NCBI GenBank assembly: GCA_023485685.1
Contig: JAMCZK010000013.1
Location: 442 to 64,441 of the forward strand
Direction: 5' to 3'
Source of the DNA: Chloroflexota bacterium
GTDB taxonomy: Bacteria; Chloroflexota; Anaerolineae; Anaerolineales; UBA11579
Length of the DNA: 64,000 nt
The position numbers and the translations under genes were made by a program. Of this stretch, positions 46,324 to 57,300 are shown piece by piece (the first letter of the stretch is position 1; each line of letters starts with the position of its first letter). The notes below the pieces were generated by a model, which saw only the letters and a program-made list of their open reading frames with translations, did no database searches and was not told where the DNA came from.

Positions 46324-46350
46324 TGAAAAGCGGATGCTATACTCCGCGCC

Positions 46351-47268
46351 GTGCCCACTGAACCCACTTCCTGGCTGCGCATCTCACTTAGAGTCGACCC
46401 CGAGCTTGCCGAGGCCGTCTCCGAGGTACTCGCCCGCTACATCCCCGGCGGCGTGGTCATCGAGAGCACTGCCATTGAAGCGGACGCCGAAGACATAGGC
46501 CGCGCCGTTGGGCCTCTGCGTGTTTCTGGCTACATCCCCGCGGATGCATACCTAGAAGATACGCGAGCCAACATCGAGCAAGGGTTGCGCTATTTAGCCA
46601 TGATCCAGCCCATCCCCGAACCCAGTTACGAAAGCATCCAGGAGCAAAACTGGATGGAAAGCTGGAAGGAACACTACAGACCGCTGCCCGTCGGCGAGCG
46701 CTTGCTGATTCTGCCTGCCTGGATCCAAATGGAGACTGGTGGCCGCGTGCCCATCCGCATCGAGCCCGGCATGGCCTTCGGTACCGGAGTGCACCCCACG
46801 ACGCAGCTCAGCCTGCAGCTCCTCGAGCACTGCGTGCAGCCGGGCAACTCCGTCATCGACGTGGGCTGCGGTTCCGCCATCCTGGCGATCGCCGCCGCCA
46901 AGCTGGGCGCCGCGCCCGTGGTCGCTGTCGACATTGACTCGCAAGCTTTGGATAACGCGCGCCACAACGTGCAATTGAATAATGTTGACATCGAAATAGG
47001 CCAAGGCTCGGTTGCCGAATTGTTGAAAGGTCAATTTGGATTGCAGCAAGCTGATGTCGTGGTAGCGAACATCCTCGCGAAGGTGCTCATTCGCCTTTTA
47101 GATCAAGAGTTGGCGAGGTTAATGAACCCGAAGGGAATGCTGATCCTCTCCGGGATTCTGGCAGAACAGGAGGATGAGATGAAAAAGAGTTTGGAAAAGG
47201 CAAAGCTACAAATTATTGCAGAGCGTAGGATTGAAGATTGGTTGGGGCTTGCAGTTCGATTTGGGTAG
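46351..47268 (+). CDS. prmA: Ribosomal protein L11 methyltransferase
   Basis: 305 aa with a GTG start. PrmA N-domain, the HPTT motif (GTGVHPTTQL) and the SAM motif VIDVGCGSAILAIAAAKLGA. Confidence 0.9.
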   Translation: MPTEPTSWLRISLRVDPELAEAVSEVLARYIPGGVVIESTAIEADAEDIGRAVGPLRVSGYIPADAYLEDTRANIEQGLRYLAMIQPIPEPSYESIQEQNWMESWKEHYRPLPVGERLLILPAWIQMETGGRVPIRIEPGMAFGTGVHPTTQLSLQLLEHCVQPGNSVIDVGCGSAILAIAAAKLGAAPVVAVDIDSQALDNARHNVQLNNVDIEIGQGSVAELLKGQFGLQQADVVVANILAKVLIRLLDQELARLMNPKGMLILSGILAEQEDEMKKSLEKAKLQIIAERRIEDWLGLAVRFG

Positions 47269-47291
47269 GGGCGGGGTTACCCCGCCCTGTG

Positions 47292-47648
47292 TCACGCCAT
47301 GTCTTTGCCCGTCGGCTGCCAAAGCTCGATAGCATTTCCCTCAGGGTCAGACAGCCGTGCGAATCGCCCGTTTGGATATTCATTTGGATCTGGCTCGACC
47401 TCAATCCCAGCGGTTTGCAATTGCTTGACCATCGCGTCTAGGTCGCGCACCCGAAAGTTAACCATCCACCTTTTCTTGGTTTTCCGAAATGATAGGTATC
47501 GTTCGGAAATGGTTGGAAGATGTAGGCCCCGCTTCTTGCGTCCAGGGCTGATCGTCATAGCTTTGTGGCGTCAGCGCCACCCCGAGATGGTCAACGTACC
47601 ATTTCGCTAAGCCGACTGGATCCCGCCGATCCCAGCTACCTTTTCCAT
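47292..47648 (-). pseudogene. VOC/glyoxalase-family gene with two compensating frameshifts
   Basis: ATG 47646-47648 gives MEKVAGIGGI and then a stop. A shifted frame reads GLAKWYVDHLGVALTPQSYDDQPWTQEAGPT. The original frame resumes as ...WMVNFRVRDLDAMVKQLQTAGIEVEPDPNEYPNGRFARLSDPEGNAIELWQP. Confidence 0.55.
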
Positions 47649-47664
47649 ACCCGCTCCTGTGAAT

Positions 47665-48240
47665 TTACCTTTGCATCCAGCGTTCCAAGCCTTCGGGCGG
47701 CTGGTATGCAGCCAGCGCGTCCAGCAATTCCTCTGGGCGTTCGGCCTGGCTGTATAACTTCTGGTGCTCCCAAAACGTGAAACCTTCTTTGTTGGCATGC
47801 GCCAAGAATTTCAAGAGATCATCGAAGTAGGAGTACACGTTCAATAACCCAACGGGTTTGCGATGAAGCCCGATCTGAGCCCAGGTCAATGTTTCGAACA
47901 GTTCCTCCAGCGTGCCGAATCCTCCGGGAAGCGCCACGAACGCGTCGGCCAGTTCGGCCATGCGCGCCTTGCGAGTATGCATGCCATTCACCAACTCCAG
48001 CCGCGTCAACCGGCTGTGCGCCATGCTGGGCTTGTTGAAGTGTTCGGGCAGCACGCCGATTACCTCGCCACCCGCGTCCAACACGGCATCAGCCACCGCG
48101 CCCATCAACCCCGTGCTGCCGCCGCCAAAGATCAGTTGCAACCTGCGCCCCGCCATCACTTCACCCATATGGCGCGCCACCTCGATGTATTTGGCGCCGA
48201 CCTCGTCGGAGGAACCGCAGAACACGCAAACAGCCTTCAT
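47665..48240 (-). CDS. LOG-family (TIGR00730) nucleotide phosphoribohydrolase
   Basis: 191 aa. Motifs GGGSTGLMG and PGGFGTLEE. Confidence 0.9.
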   Translation of the reverse strand: MKAVCVFCGSSDEVGAKYIEVARHMGEVMAGRRLQLIFGGGSTGLMGAVADAVLDAGGEVIGVLPEHFNKPSMAHSRLTRLELVNGMHTRKARMAELADAFVALPGGFGTLEELFETLTWAQIGLHRKPVGLLNVYSYFDDLLKFLAHANKEGFTFWEHQKLYSQAERPEELLDALAAYQPPEGLERWMQR

Positions 48241-48974
48241 TCCGTTTCTCTTTCTTCTGCTTCTTCCAGTAATTGCTTGTCCTTCTTGCTCAATTCCGCG
48301 TGCTCTAATAAATCGGGTCTGCGCTGGGCGGTGCGCAGCAAGGACTGTTGCCGCCGCCAGCGCACGATGCGGCCGTGATCACCGGATTTTAGAACTTCAG
48401 GAACGGCCCAGCCCCGAAATTCAGGCGGACGCGTGTAGTGTGGGTGCTCCAGTAGGCCGCTTGCGTGTGAATCGGTGATGGCACCGGTCGGGTCACCCAA
48501 AGCGCCTGGAAGCAGCCTTGCTACCGAGTCAATAATGAGTAGTGCGGGCAATTCACCCCCAGTAAGCACATAATCGCCCACCGAAATTTCATCGCTAACC
48601 AAGTGCTCGCGTACTCGCTCGTCCACGCCTTCATAGCGGCCGCAAATCAGCGCAAAGTGCTCGTGTGCGCTCAGTTCTTGAGCCACTTGTTGGTTGAAAA
48701 TCCGGCCTTGAGGACTCAGTAGGATAATGGGAATCACTGGCTCGGCGCCCAAGACTCCCTCCACGGCGGCGAAGATGGGTTCGGGTTTCATCACCATGCC
48801 CCCTCCGCCGCCGTAGGGCTCATCGTCGGTGACCTGGTGCTTGTCGGTGGCGTAATCGCGGATATTGTGCAATTTCACTTCCAGCAATCCCGCCTGCCGG
48901 GCGCGGCCCAGGATGCTGGCATCCAGATAAGGTGGGAACAATTCAGGGAATAGCGTGAACACATCAATGCGCAT
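48237..48974 (-). CDS. trmD: tRNA (guanine37-N1)-methyltransferase
   Basis: 245 aa. TrmD pattern [11 protein letters not shown]...[10 protein letters not shown]...[12 protein letters not shown]...[11 protein letters not shown]. Confidence 0.95.
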   Translation of the reverse strand: MRIDVFTLFPELFPPYLDASILGRARQAGLLEVKLHNIRDYATDKHQVTDDEPYGGGGGMVMKPEPIFAAVEGVLGAEPVIPIILLSPQGRIFNQQVAQELSAHEHFALICGRYEGVDERVREHLVSDEISVGDYVLTGGELPALLIIDSVARLLPGALGDPTGAITDSHASGLLEHPHYTRPPEFRGWAVPEVLKSGDHGRIVRWRRQQSLLRTAQRRPDLLEHAELSKKDKQLLEEAEERETE

Positions 48975-49105
48975 GGAGGCATAATTCTAACCCCGTCATT
49001 CCGGGGCGCTTGCCCCAAGCCTGATACCGCGGTAATTCAAGCGCTTAATAGTTCTCTCACCGCCTTTCCTTGACGCTGGTTTTGCGCAAACGGTAGAATT
49101 TCCCC

Positions 49106-50398
49106 ATGTATTTGCGAGGCAGCCGCTGGCATATGCAGCGGCAGCGAACCAAACGCCGGACGAACCCGGCGTTTATTGGGTTGCTGGCCATGCTCATTGT
49201 GGCGGCCATTTACTTCAACCAATACGTAGTGCCCACGCTGCCGCTTCCTCAGGCGCCCACGCTCACCCCAACATTGGACCCCGAATCCTACATGAATGCC
49301 GGCGCCGCATCCTTTGCCGAAGGCAACTTGTTGCAGGCGATTACATCTTACGAGCAGGCTGCCATGGCCGATCCCGGCAATCCGGCCATCTATATCGAAC
49401 TGGCCCGCGTACAGGTGCTCGCTGGACGCTATGAAGCGGCGCAAACCAGCGCCAGCAACGCGCTGCTACTCAGCCCAGACAATCCAACGGCTTTGGCCAT
49501 CCTCGGACAGACTCTGAACTTCCTCGGCGACCAAGCTGGCGCAGAAGCGGCGCTCAAACGGGCCTTGGCGCTGGACGCTAACAACGCCATCGCGCATGGA
49601 TATTTCGCGGAATTGTTGGCGGATCGGGAGCAGTATTTGCAGGCAGGAGAGGAATCGCGGCTCGCAGTTGACTTGGACGGTAACTCACTGGAAGTGCGGC
49701 GCTCGCGCGGTTACGTTCTCGAGGCCACTGGTAACTACGCGGAGGCCGCCTTCCAATATGAAGCCGCTCTGGCGATCAACGACCGCATCGCTGATTTGCA
49801 TTTGTCGCTGGGTCGCGCCTATCGCGCCCTGGAACGATACGATGATGCCATCAACGAATTTGTCATTGCTGACTCGCTGAATCCCACGGACCCCCTGCCC
49901 AATACGTACACGGGCCTCATCTACATCACCACTGGTGAATTTGGCAAAGCGGTACAAGCGATGTTGCAAGCCGTCTCGGAGGATCCAGCGAACCCGGTTC
50001 GCTATGCGAACTTGGGAGTGGCGTATTATCGCAATCAACAGCCCATAGAAGCGCTCGACGCGTTGCATTTGGCTATCCGCGGCGGAAATACAGCAGATGG
50101 CGTCGCAGTGTCGGGCTTACTGCTTGACAGTGCCGATGTTGTTCCTTACTTCTATATCTATGGTTTGCTCCTGGCGCGTGCCGGCCGCTGCTCTGAGGCT
50201 CTGCCGATTTCTCAGGTGTTGGGAAACCCGGAAGGCGCCTTCGCCGAGGATGAGGTAGCCGTCAGCAATGCCGAGGAAATGGTTCGCATCTGCGAAGAGC
50301 AAGTTGACGTCCCACTAACGGAAACTCCGCTTCCATCTGCAGTTCCGCAACCCACCGCGCCGGAAGAGATGGTGCCGGCGCCAACCACCACCTATTAA
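49106..50398 (+). CDS. Membrane-anchored TPR-repeat protein
   Basis: Basic N-terminus, one TM segment and at least 7 TPR-like repeats. ATG 49133 is an alternative start. Confidence 0.75.
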   Translation: MYLRGSRWHMQRQRTKRRTNPAFIGLLAMLIVAAIYFNQYVVPTLPLPQAPTLTPTLDPESYMNAGAASFAEGNLLQAITSYEQAAMADPGNPAIYIELARVQVLAGRYEAAQTSASNALLLSPDNPTALAILGQTLNFLGDQAGAEAALKRALALDANNAIAHGYFAELLADREQYLQAGEESRLAVDLDGNSLEVRRSRGYVLEATGNYAEAAFQYEAALAINDRIADLHLSLGRAYRALERYDDAINEFVIADSLNPTDPLPNTYTGLIYITTGEFGKAVQAMLQAVSEDPANPVRYANLGVAYYRNQQPIEALDALHLAIRGGNTADGVAVSGLLLDSADVVPYFYIYGLLLARAGRCSEALPISQVLGNPEGAFAEDEVAVSNAEEMVRICEEQVDVPLTETPLPSAVPQPTAPEEMVPAPTTTY

Positions 50399-50403
50399 CT
50401 GAT

Positions 50404-51717
50404 ATGCGCGTTCGTCAGCGACGCTCCACTCTTTTTCACGATTCGGGTCCCACGTCGAATCCGTATCGATTGATCTTATGGGGCATGTTGATCATGGCTG
50501 GCCTCTACTTGATGTGGAACATCGACACGGGAAAAGTTCAGCCATTATTTCTTCCTACTCCCACGGCCACGCGCAGCGCGATATCCTATCGAGAAGAAGG
50601 GACCGCGTTCTTTGAGGCCGGTAATCTCGACTTGGCAATTCAGGCATATCGAGACGCGTTAGCTGAAAATCCCGATGATTATGTCGGCTGGACAGAATTG
50701 GCGCGCATCCAGACTTATTCCTCAGCTTTGCTAACCCAGGAACGCCAACGCGATCGCCTTGCTGAAGCGCTAGCCAGTATCGACAAAGCTGTCCAGCTTG
50801 CTCCAGAGGACAGCTCGGCCCATGCAGTGCGAGCTTTTGTCTTGGATTGGACCGCGGGCGCCTCAGGAACTACAGCCGAGTACGAGGCAAACATAGCCGA
50901 AGCAAGTACGGAAGCCGTGTTGGCCCTGCAATTGGACAATAACAACGTGCTGGCCTTGGCTTATCAGGCTGAGATTTATGCAGACCAACAGCAATATTCT
51001 CAGGCGGCGGAATACGCTGAGCGCGCAATGGCGCTGGATCCTAATTCACTGGATACGTTGCGCGTGAATGGCTATGTACTGGAATCGACTGAGAATTATG
51101 GTGCGGCCATCGAACAATATAAACAAGCCGCCGCGGTGGCTCCTAACCAAACCTTTTTGTACATCCGCATCGGCCAGAATTATCGCGAACTGGGTTTGTA
51201 CGATGAGGCCCTAGAATATTTCGACCGTGCGGCTAGCATCAACGAAGTGCTGGGCATCGATGACCCATTGCCTTACATTGCTATCGCCAAGACCTATTCC
51301 CGCATGGGCGAATTCTTTGCCGCCGCACTCAATGCTGAAAAAGCCGTCGACCTGGATCCTACCAACCCCGACTGGTACGGCCAGCTAGGCATCATCTACG
51401 ATAGAGCTCGTAACTTCGAGAGCGCCGTGCTGGTCTTGCGTTGCACCGTGGAGGGCTGTTCCGACGTCCAAAACAGTGCCGATAGCGATGGACGCTGGAC
51501 AGTTTCCGTAGAGGGCTTGCCTTTGGATAACAATACGGTGGTGTATTACTACACCTATGGCGCCCGGCTGGCGGCTTTGAACCAGTGCGAGCAGGCCCTG
51601 CCTGTCCTGGATATCGTAAGTTCCACCTATCCTGACGATGCCATCATCATGCTGATTGTCAACGAAAGTTACACAGTATGCGAAAACCTGGCTGCCAGCT
51701 CTAACTCCAACCAATAG
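50404..51717 (+). CDS. Membrane-anchored TPR-repeat protein (paralogous architecture)
   Basis: Same layout as 49106-50398. A Cys-containing tail (CTVEGCSD...CEQALP) parallels the upstream paralog. Confidence 0.75.
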   Translation: MRVRQRRSTLFHDSGPTSNPYRLILWGMLIMAGLYLMWNIDTGKVQPLFLPTPTATRSAISYREEGTAFFEAGNLDLAIQAYRDALAENPDDYVGWTELARIQTYSSALLTQERQRDRLAEALASIDKAVQLAPEDSSAHAVRAFVLDWTAGASGTTAEYEANIAEASTEAVLALQLDNNNVLALAYQAEIYADQQQYSQAAEYAERAMALDPNSLDTLRVNGYVLESTENYGAAIEQYKQAAAVAPNQTFLYIRIGQNYRELGLYDEALEYFDRAASINEVLGIDDPLPYIAIAKTYSRMGEFFAAALNAEKAVDLDPTNPDWYGQLGIIYDRARNFESAVLVLRCTVEGCSDVQNSADSDGRWTVSVEGLPLDNNTVVYYYTYGARLAALNQCEQALPVLDIVSSTYPDDAIIMLIVNESYTVCENLAASSNSNQ

Positions 51718-51783
51718 ATATCAGAGTTTTGTAAGAATTTTTACGGGGAAGGCAGATTTTGGCGTAGTTTTGTCAAGCCCATC

Positions 51784-51811
51784 TTGACTCATATTTCCAA
51801 AATGGTATGAT
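51784..51811 (+). promoter_or_regulatory. Sigma-70-type promoter of groES-groEL
   Basis: TTGACT (51784-51789), a 16-nt spacer, then an extended -10 TGgTATGAT (51803-51811). Confidence 0.6.
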
Positions 51812-51816
51812 TGGAG

Positions 51817-51843
51817 TTAGCACTCAACGAGCTTGAGTGCTAA
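51817..51843 (+). promoter_or_regulatory. CIRCE operator (HrcA binding site)
   Basis: Perfect TTAGCACTC-N9-GAGTGCTAA. Confidence 0.92.
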
Positions 51844-51897
51844 ATCTGTGTAAAACGCCAAAGCGCGTAAAGATATCTAACTTTCAGGAGGCATTGT

Positions 51898-52191
51898 ATG
51901 GCTATATCACTCAAACCGCTCGCCGACCGTGTGTTGGTGGAGCCCATTGAGGACGAGGAAGTCACCCCGGGTGGCATCGTTCTCCCTGAGACCGCCAAGG
52001 AGAAACCCCAGCGCGGCAAAATATTGGCTGTGGGGCCCGGAGGGCGCGATGAGGACGGCAAGCTCATCAGCATGGAAGTGAAGGTGGGCGAAACTGTACT
52101 GTTTGCCAAATACGCCGGCACCGAGATCAAGTTGGAAGGCAAGAAAAGATTGATCTTGCGTCAATCGGATCTGCTGGCAATTGTGGCTTAA
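51898..52191 (+). CDS. groES: Co-chaperonin GroES
   Basis: 97 aa. [10 protein letters not shown]...[24 protein letters not shown]. Confidence 0.97.
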   Translation: MAISLKPLADRVLVEPIEDEEVTPGGIVLPETAKEKPQRGKILAVGPGGRDEDGKLISMEVKVGETVLFAKYAGTEIKLEGKKRLILRQSDLLAIVA

Positions 52192-52229
52192 TCTGCAAGT
52201 TCATTTGAAATTGTAAGGAGAATCGATTT

Positions 52230-53858
52230 ATGGCAAAGATACTCGCCTTCTCAGAAGAAGCACGCCGCCACCTGTTACGCGGTGTGGACTCCGTTGCCGA
52301 AGCGGTGGTCACCACCTTGGGCCCCAAGGGCCGCAATGTGGCCTTAGACCGAAAATTCGGCGCCCCCACCATCACCCACGACGGTGTGACGGTGGCCAAG
52401 GAAATAGAGCTGGAAGACCCCTTTGAGAATATGGGCGCCCAGCTGCTCAAAGAGGCCGCCTCCAAAACCAATGACATCGCCGGCGACGGCACCACCACCT
52501 CAACGCTGTTGGCGCATGCCATTGTCACCGACGGCATGAAGAACCTGGCTGCCGGCGCCAACCCGATGATGCTTAAGCGCGGCATCGAAGCTGCCACCAA
52601 AGCTGTGGCCGATGAAATCACCAAGACGGCCATTGAGCTGAAGACCAAAGCGGATATCGCTAACGTGGCTTCGGTTTCCGCGCAGGATCGTGAGATCGGC
52701 GAATTGATCGCCGACGTGTTCGATAAGGTCGGCAACGACGGCGTCATCACCGTCGAAGACTCGCAGGGCCTGCAATTCGAGACCGAATACGTCGAAGGTA
52801 TGCAGTTCGATCGCGGCTATCTCTCCGCATACTTCGTCACCAATCCGGAGAATATGGAAGCGGTGATCGAGGATGCCCAGATCCTGATCCACGACAAGAA
52901 GATCTCCGCTGCTCAAGACATGGTGCCCTTGCTGGAGAAGTTGGTCCAGACCGGCAAGCGCAACCTGCTGATCATCGCCGAAGACATCGATGGTGAAGCG
53001 CTGGCTACCCTGGTGCTGAATAAACTGCGCGGCATGCTGAACGTGCTGGCTGTGAAGGCTCCTGGCTTCGGCGACCGCCGCAAGGCGATGCTGCAGGATA
53101 TCGCCATCCTCACCGGCGCCACCGTGATCTCCGAAGAAGTTGGCCGCAAACTGGAATCCGCTACACTGGAAGACCTTGGCCAGGCCGAGAAAGTGGTGTC
53201 CGACAAGGACGATACCACTATCATCGGCGGCAAGGGCGATGCGAAAGCTATCAAAGGCCGCATCGAAGAGATCCGTGTGGAGAAGGAAAACAGCACCAGC
53301 GACTACGACAAAGAGAAGCTAGATGAACGTCTCGCCAAGCTTTCCGGCGGCGTGGCTATCATCCGCGTGGGCGCAGCCACCGAGACCGAGCTGAAGGAAA
53401 AGAAACACCGCGTGGAAGACGCTGTCTCTGCTACCCGCGCTGCCATTGAGGAAGGCATCGTGCCCGGCGGCGGTGTGGCATTGATCAATGCGCGTGCCGC
53501 CCTCAACAAGGTCAAGCCCGAAGACGACGATGCCAAGGTGGGTGTGCAGATCGTCCGCATGGCTCTTGAGATGCCCATGCGTCGCATTGCCGAGAACGCA
53601 GGCCACGATGGGGCGGTAGTCCTCGACACCGTGTTGCGCAAACAGGCAGAGGACAAGAACAAGAACATTGGCTACGACGTGTTGGCCGAAGACTATGTGG
53701 ACATGGTCGAGAAAGGCTGGATCGACCCCGCCAAGGTAACCCGCGGCGCGCTGGAGAATGCAGCTTCCATCGCGGCTATGATCCTGACCACCGAAGCTTT
53801 GATAACCGACAAGCCGGAGAAGGAGAAACCCGCTCCGCCTCCGATGCCGGAATACTAA
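52230..53858 (+). CDS. groEL: Chaperonin GroEL
   Basis: 542 aa. AGDGTTT and the overall Cpn60 sequence. The tail is PPPMPEY rather than a GGM repeat. Confidence 0.98.
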   Translation: MAKILAFSEEARRHLLRGVDSVAEAVVTTLGPKGRNVALDRKFGAPTITHDGVTVAKEIELEDPFENMGAQLLKEAASKTNDIAGDGTTTSTLLAHAIVTDGMKNLAAGANPMMLKRGIEAATKAVADEITKTAIELKTKADIANVASVSAQDREIGELIADVFDKVGNDGVITVEDSQGLQFETEYVEGMQFDRGYLSAYFVTNPENMEAVIEDAQILIHDKKISAAQDMVPLLEKLVQTGKRNLLIIAEDIDGEALATLVLNKLRGMLNVLAVKAPGFGDRRKAMLQDIAILTGATVISEEVGRKLESATLEDLGQAEKVVSDKDDTTIIGGKGDAKAIKGRIEEIRVEKENSTSDYDKEKLDERLAKLSGGVAIIRVGAATETELKEKKHRVEDAVSATRAAIEEGIVPGGGVALINARAALNKVKPEDDDAKVGVQIVRMALEMPMRRIAENAGHDGAVVLDTVLRKQAEDKNKNIGYDVLAEDYVDMVEKGWIDPAKVTRGALENAASIAAMILTTEALITDKPEKEKPAPPPMPEY

Positions 53859-53937
53859 GTTGGTGAAAATCTAGTAAAGGGTGATTTTGGAAAAACTGGA
53901 GTAAGCTACTAAAGTACACAGAAAAACAAATCTGTTT

Positions 53938-53980
53938 GCAAAACAGACCCCTGCCCACTACGGGGGTCTGTTTTGCTTTT
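53938..53980 (+). terminator. Rho-independent terminator after groEL
   Basis: A 14-bp stem (gcaaaacagacccc / ggggtctgttttgc) with an 11-nt loop, followed by TTTT. Confidence 0.75.
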
Positions 53981-54336
53981 AAGTTGGAACGTTCATCCCA
54001 AACCTCTTTCAGCGCCTCACACACCAGATTCAGATTGTTTTGTGGCTAAGCGATGCTTACTGTTTCAAATAATGATGAAAGTCGGCTCGCGAGCACAAGG
54101 GAAGCTGTTCATCAGACTCGAGACTGTCTACTAAAAAAGCCACGGTATTTTATCGGCATGAAAGACCCCGTGGTGCCTCAATAGAAAATATTACCGAAGG
54201 GTGGGGCGTTGAGGCAATGCGAGGCCTTGCAAAATTGCAAAGCCTAAATTATCGTTGAGGCTATGACGGGTGGACAGGCAGGGAGATCGGGCGGGAACCA
54301 GAAAGCAACCACACCACAGCATTGGCGAGGAGTGAG

Positions 54337-57300
54337 ATGAAAAACATAGCGTTTTTTCGTATGCTCTTGGGCAGCTTGTTTCTGGTGTTGTTGTTAGGCG
54401 CAGTGTTGCCAATTACGGCGTTGGCGGATGGCGGTAATCCGCCTGCCGATCCTGCTCCAACCGACACGACCAGTGTCGCCGAATCGTCCAATGATGAGGC
54501 TGACGAATCAGAGGTTGTTTCGATTGAACCCTCGTCCTCAGAGGAGTTGCCGGAATTGAACGAAAATGCGGCCAGCGATGCGGGCGGGACTGCGGCCGCC
54601 GATGTTAATGAGATCTCTTCTTCAGTAGAGCTAGATGTTGAAGCTCTCCCCACAGATGGAACGCCAACCCTGGAGGAGGGTGAGGCCGAAATCGCGGGCG
54701 AGACCGCCAACGAGGGGCCAAATCCCGAAAATGTGGCCGCCACCATCCTTGAGGAGGAGCCCGTGGCTGGTCAGCCTGAGGACTTGGCGAGTATTGAAAT
54801 TGCGGTTGCAGACGAAACCGGCGAAGCCCTGCCCTTGGCCTCAGAAGCCGCTGCCGAAATTCTGGCTTCCGGCGATCCGATCTGGTGCCCGGTTTCCGTG
54901 GCGGTGCCGAAGCCGAACAGCGGTGGCTGCACGGCATCATTTACCAGTTTGGCCGATTTGTTCGCTGAATTGACCGCACATCCAAAGAATGTAGATGGCA
55001 CGATATGGATCGAGAAAGACTACAGCAGTGGCGTAGACGCCACGTTGGATGGAGCGAATATCAACCTGGCGACCATGCGCAATTTCAAGCTCACCCTCAA
55101 GGGTGGCTGGAATGGATGCGGCGTTAATCCTCCGGCAACTTGTGTGGGCACTATCGATACATTGAGCCCCTCCGAAATCACTCATCAGGTGAATATCCTC
55201 GCCTGGAACAACGACGTGACCCTTAGCGATCTGCTGATTACCGATGTTTCGGGTGATGGATCTGCGCTGTCGGTAGCAACAACCGGAACGATCACGCTGA
55301 CCCGCGTCGAGGTGAGTGACAACGATGGGCCCGGAGCCCGTTTAGATAATACGGCCGGCACAAAAGACATCAGCATTACTGCCAGCACGTTTAACAACAA
55401 TGCCGATGGCGACGGTCTGAACGTGACTTCGAATGGTTTGGTGACCCTCAAAGATGTAGAGGCAACCCATAACGGAGCCGGCGGCGCTTCCATCAACAAC
55501 GTTTCATTGACTTTGAAAAACGTTACCCTTCTGGGTACCAATGTGTTCTCGGAAAACCTGGGTCACGGTCTGGAGATCCGTAGCAGCGGTCAAGTCAACC
55601 TCAGCAATTTGGTCAACAATGTCAATGGCAACTACGGTTTATGGATTGATAATTCAAGTTCCACAAAGACGGTAATTATTTCTGGGACCAATGAATTCAA
55701 ATTCAACGGCGGGGGATTAAAAGTCCTTTCCAACGGGGCGATCACGATTAACAACATTACCGCCACCAACAACTCGGTCTTCGAAGGGGCGCTTATAGAT
55801 AATTCAGGGGGCCTGGCCGCCAATGTCGCGCTGACAGGCACAAACGTGCTTAATTTCAATCAACTGGATGGATTACACATCTTGAGCAAAGGTGTCATCA
55901 CCCTTAATAAAACGACAGCCAGCGATAATGGTCTAGGCGGAGTAAATGGATATGGCGCGTGGTTAGATAATTCCGATGCCACCTCGGCCAGGGCGATCGT
56001 CATTAATACTGGGACTTTTAGCGACAACCTTGAAGGCGGTCTGCTGGCGACCAGCAAGGGAGCCATTACTATCTCCAAATTGGTTGCGAATGGAAATGAG
56101 GGCACGGGGGCTGAGCTGAGTAATCTGGGCGCCGATCCCCTGGCCCCTCAAAATATCGTGTTGACAGGTTCGGTGGCTGCAAGCCTCAATGAGGGGGCAG
56201 GGCTTGACATCCACAGCCTCGGAGCGATTACCCTGGCTTTGGTAACTGCAAACGGCAATCAAGGGGACGGGGCGATCTTGACCGCAGCAAAATCGGTCAC
56301 GATTACTGGCACGAGTAGTTTCAATGAGAACGGAGCGGCTGGTTTAAGTATCACCAGCAAGGGGTGGATTACGCTAAGCAATATCACCGCAAACTCGAAT
56401 ATCGATCAGGGCGTCTTATTGGATAACAACTTCGAAGGCTCAACTGGAAACGTGAGCATCAACGGCGTCAGCGAGTTCTCGAAAAATCACAAGACCGGAC
56501 TGCAAATATCAACCCGCGGATCTGTCCTGATTACTAATCTTCACGCACTTGGAAACCTGGCCAAGGGAGTCGCCATTGATAATTCTGTCGATGGGTTTCA
56601 AGGTTCCGTAACTGTAGGCACTATGCTGTTAAATTGGTGCAACGAAATTTCCCTGAACGCATCGTCGGGGTTGGAAATCTCCAGCAACGGCACGGTGACT
56701 TTGACCAATGTATGCGCCTCCGGAAATGGCAGGTTCGAAACTCCGGGCTACGGCGCGGTGATCGACAATAGCACCGCCAATTCCCCTAAAGCGGTGGTTT
56801 TGAACGGGGTAAATTCATTTACTGACAACTACACAGGCGGAATCCAAATACTGAGCAATGGAAGCATTAAGGTGGCTAATTTGACCGCCTCCAATAGCAT
56901 CCATGGGTTTGGGGCAACTTTGGATAACGCCAGCGACGTAAACAAACCTCAATCGATTACCTTCACGGGATTCAATCAAGTTTCCGCCAATTATGGAAAC
57001 GGTTTGACCGTGACCACTTACGGCGCCGTCCTCATCAATAACCTGACGGCCAGCAGCAATGGCGCCAACGGCGGCAGCGGATATGGCGCCTGGTTGGATA
57101 ACTGCAATATGATCGATGGCGAATGCAACACCGTGACTCCTCAATCGATCACGCTGACCGGGCGAAACTCTTTTTCAAGCAATATGGGAAACGGGCTCAA
57201 GATACTTGGCCTTGGGGCGATCATGGTTAATAACGTAGGCGCTACCTCCAATAGCGGTACCGGAGCTATCCTGAATAATGATTTCGATGGGGCGGTGGGT

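Noticed and set aside
49037-49444. 135-aa minus-strand ORF opposite the start of the first TPR gene
   Set aside because: It overlaps the TPR gene and the divergent promoter region, is Arg/Gly-rich and has no motifs. It is treated as spurious.
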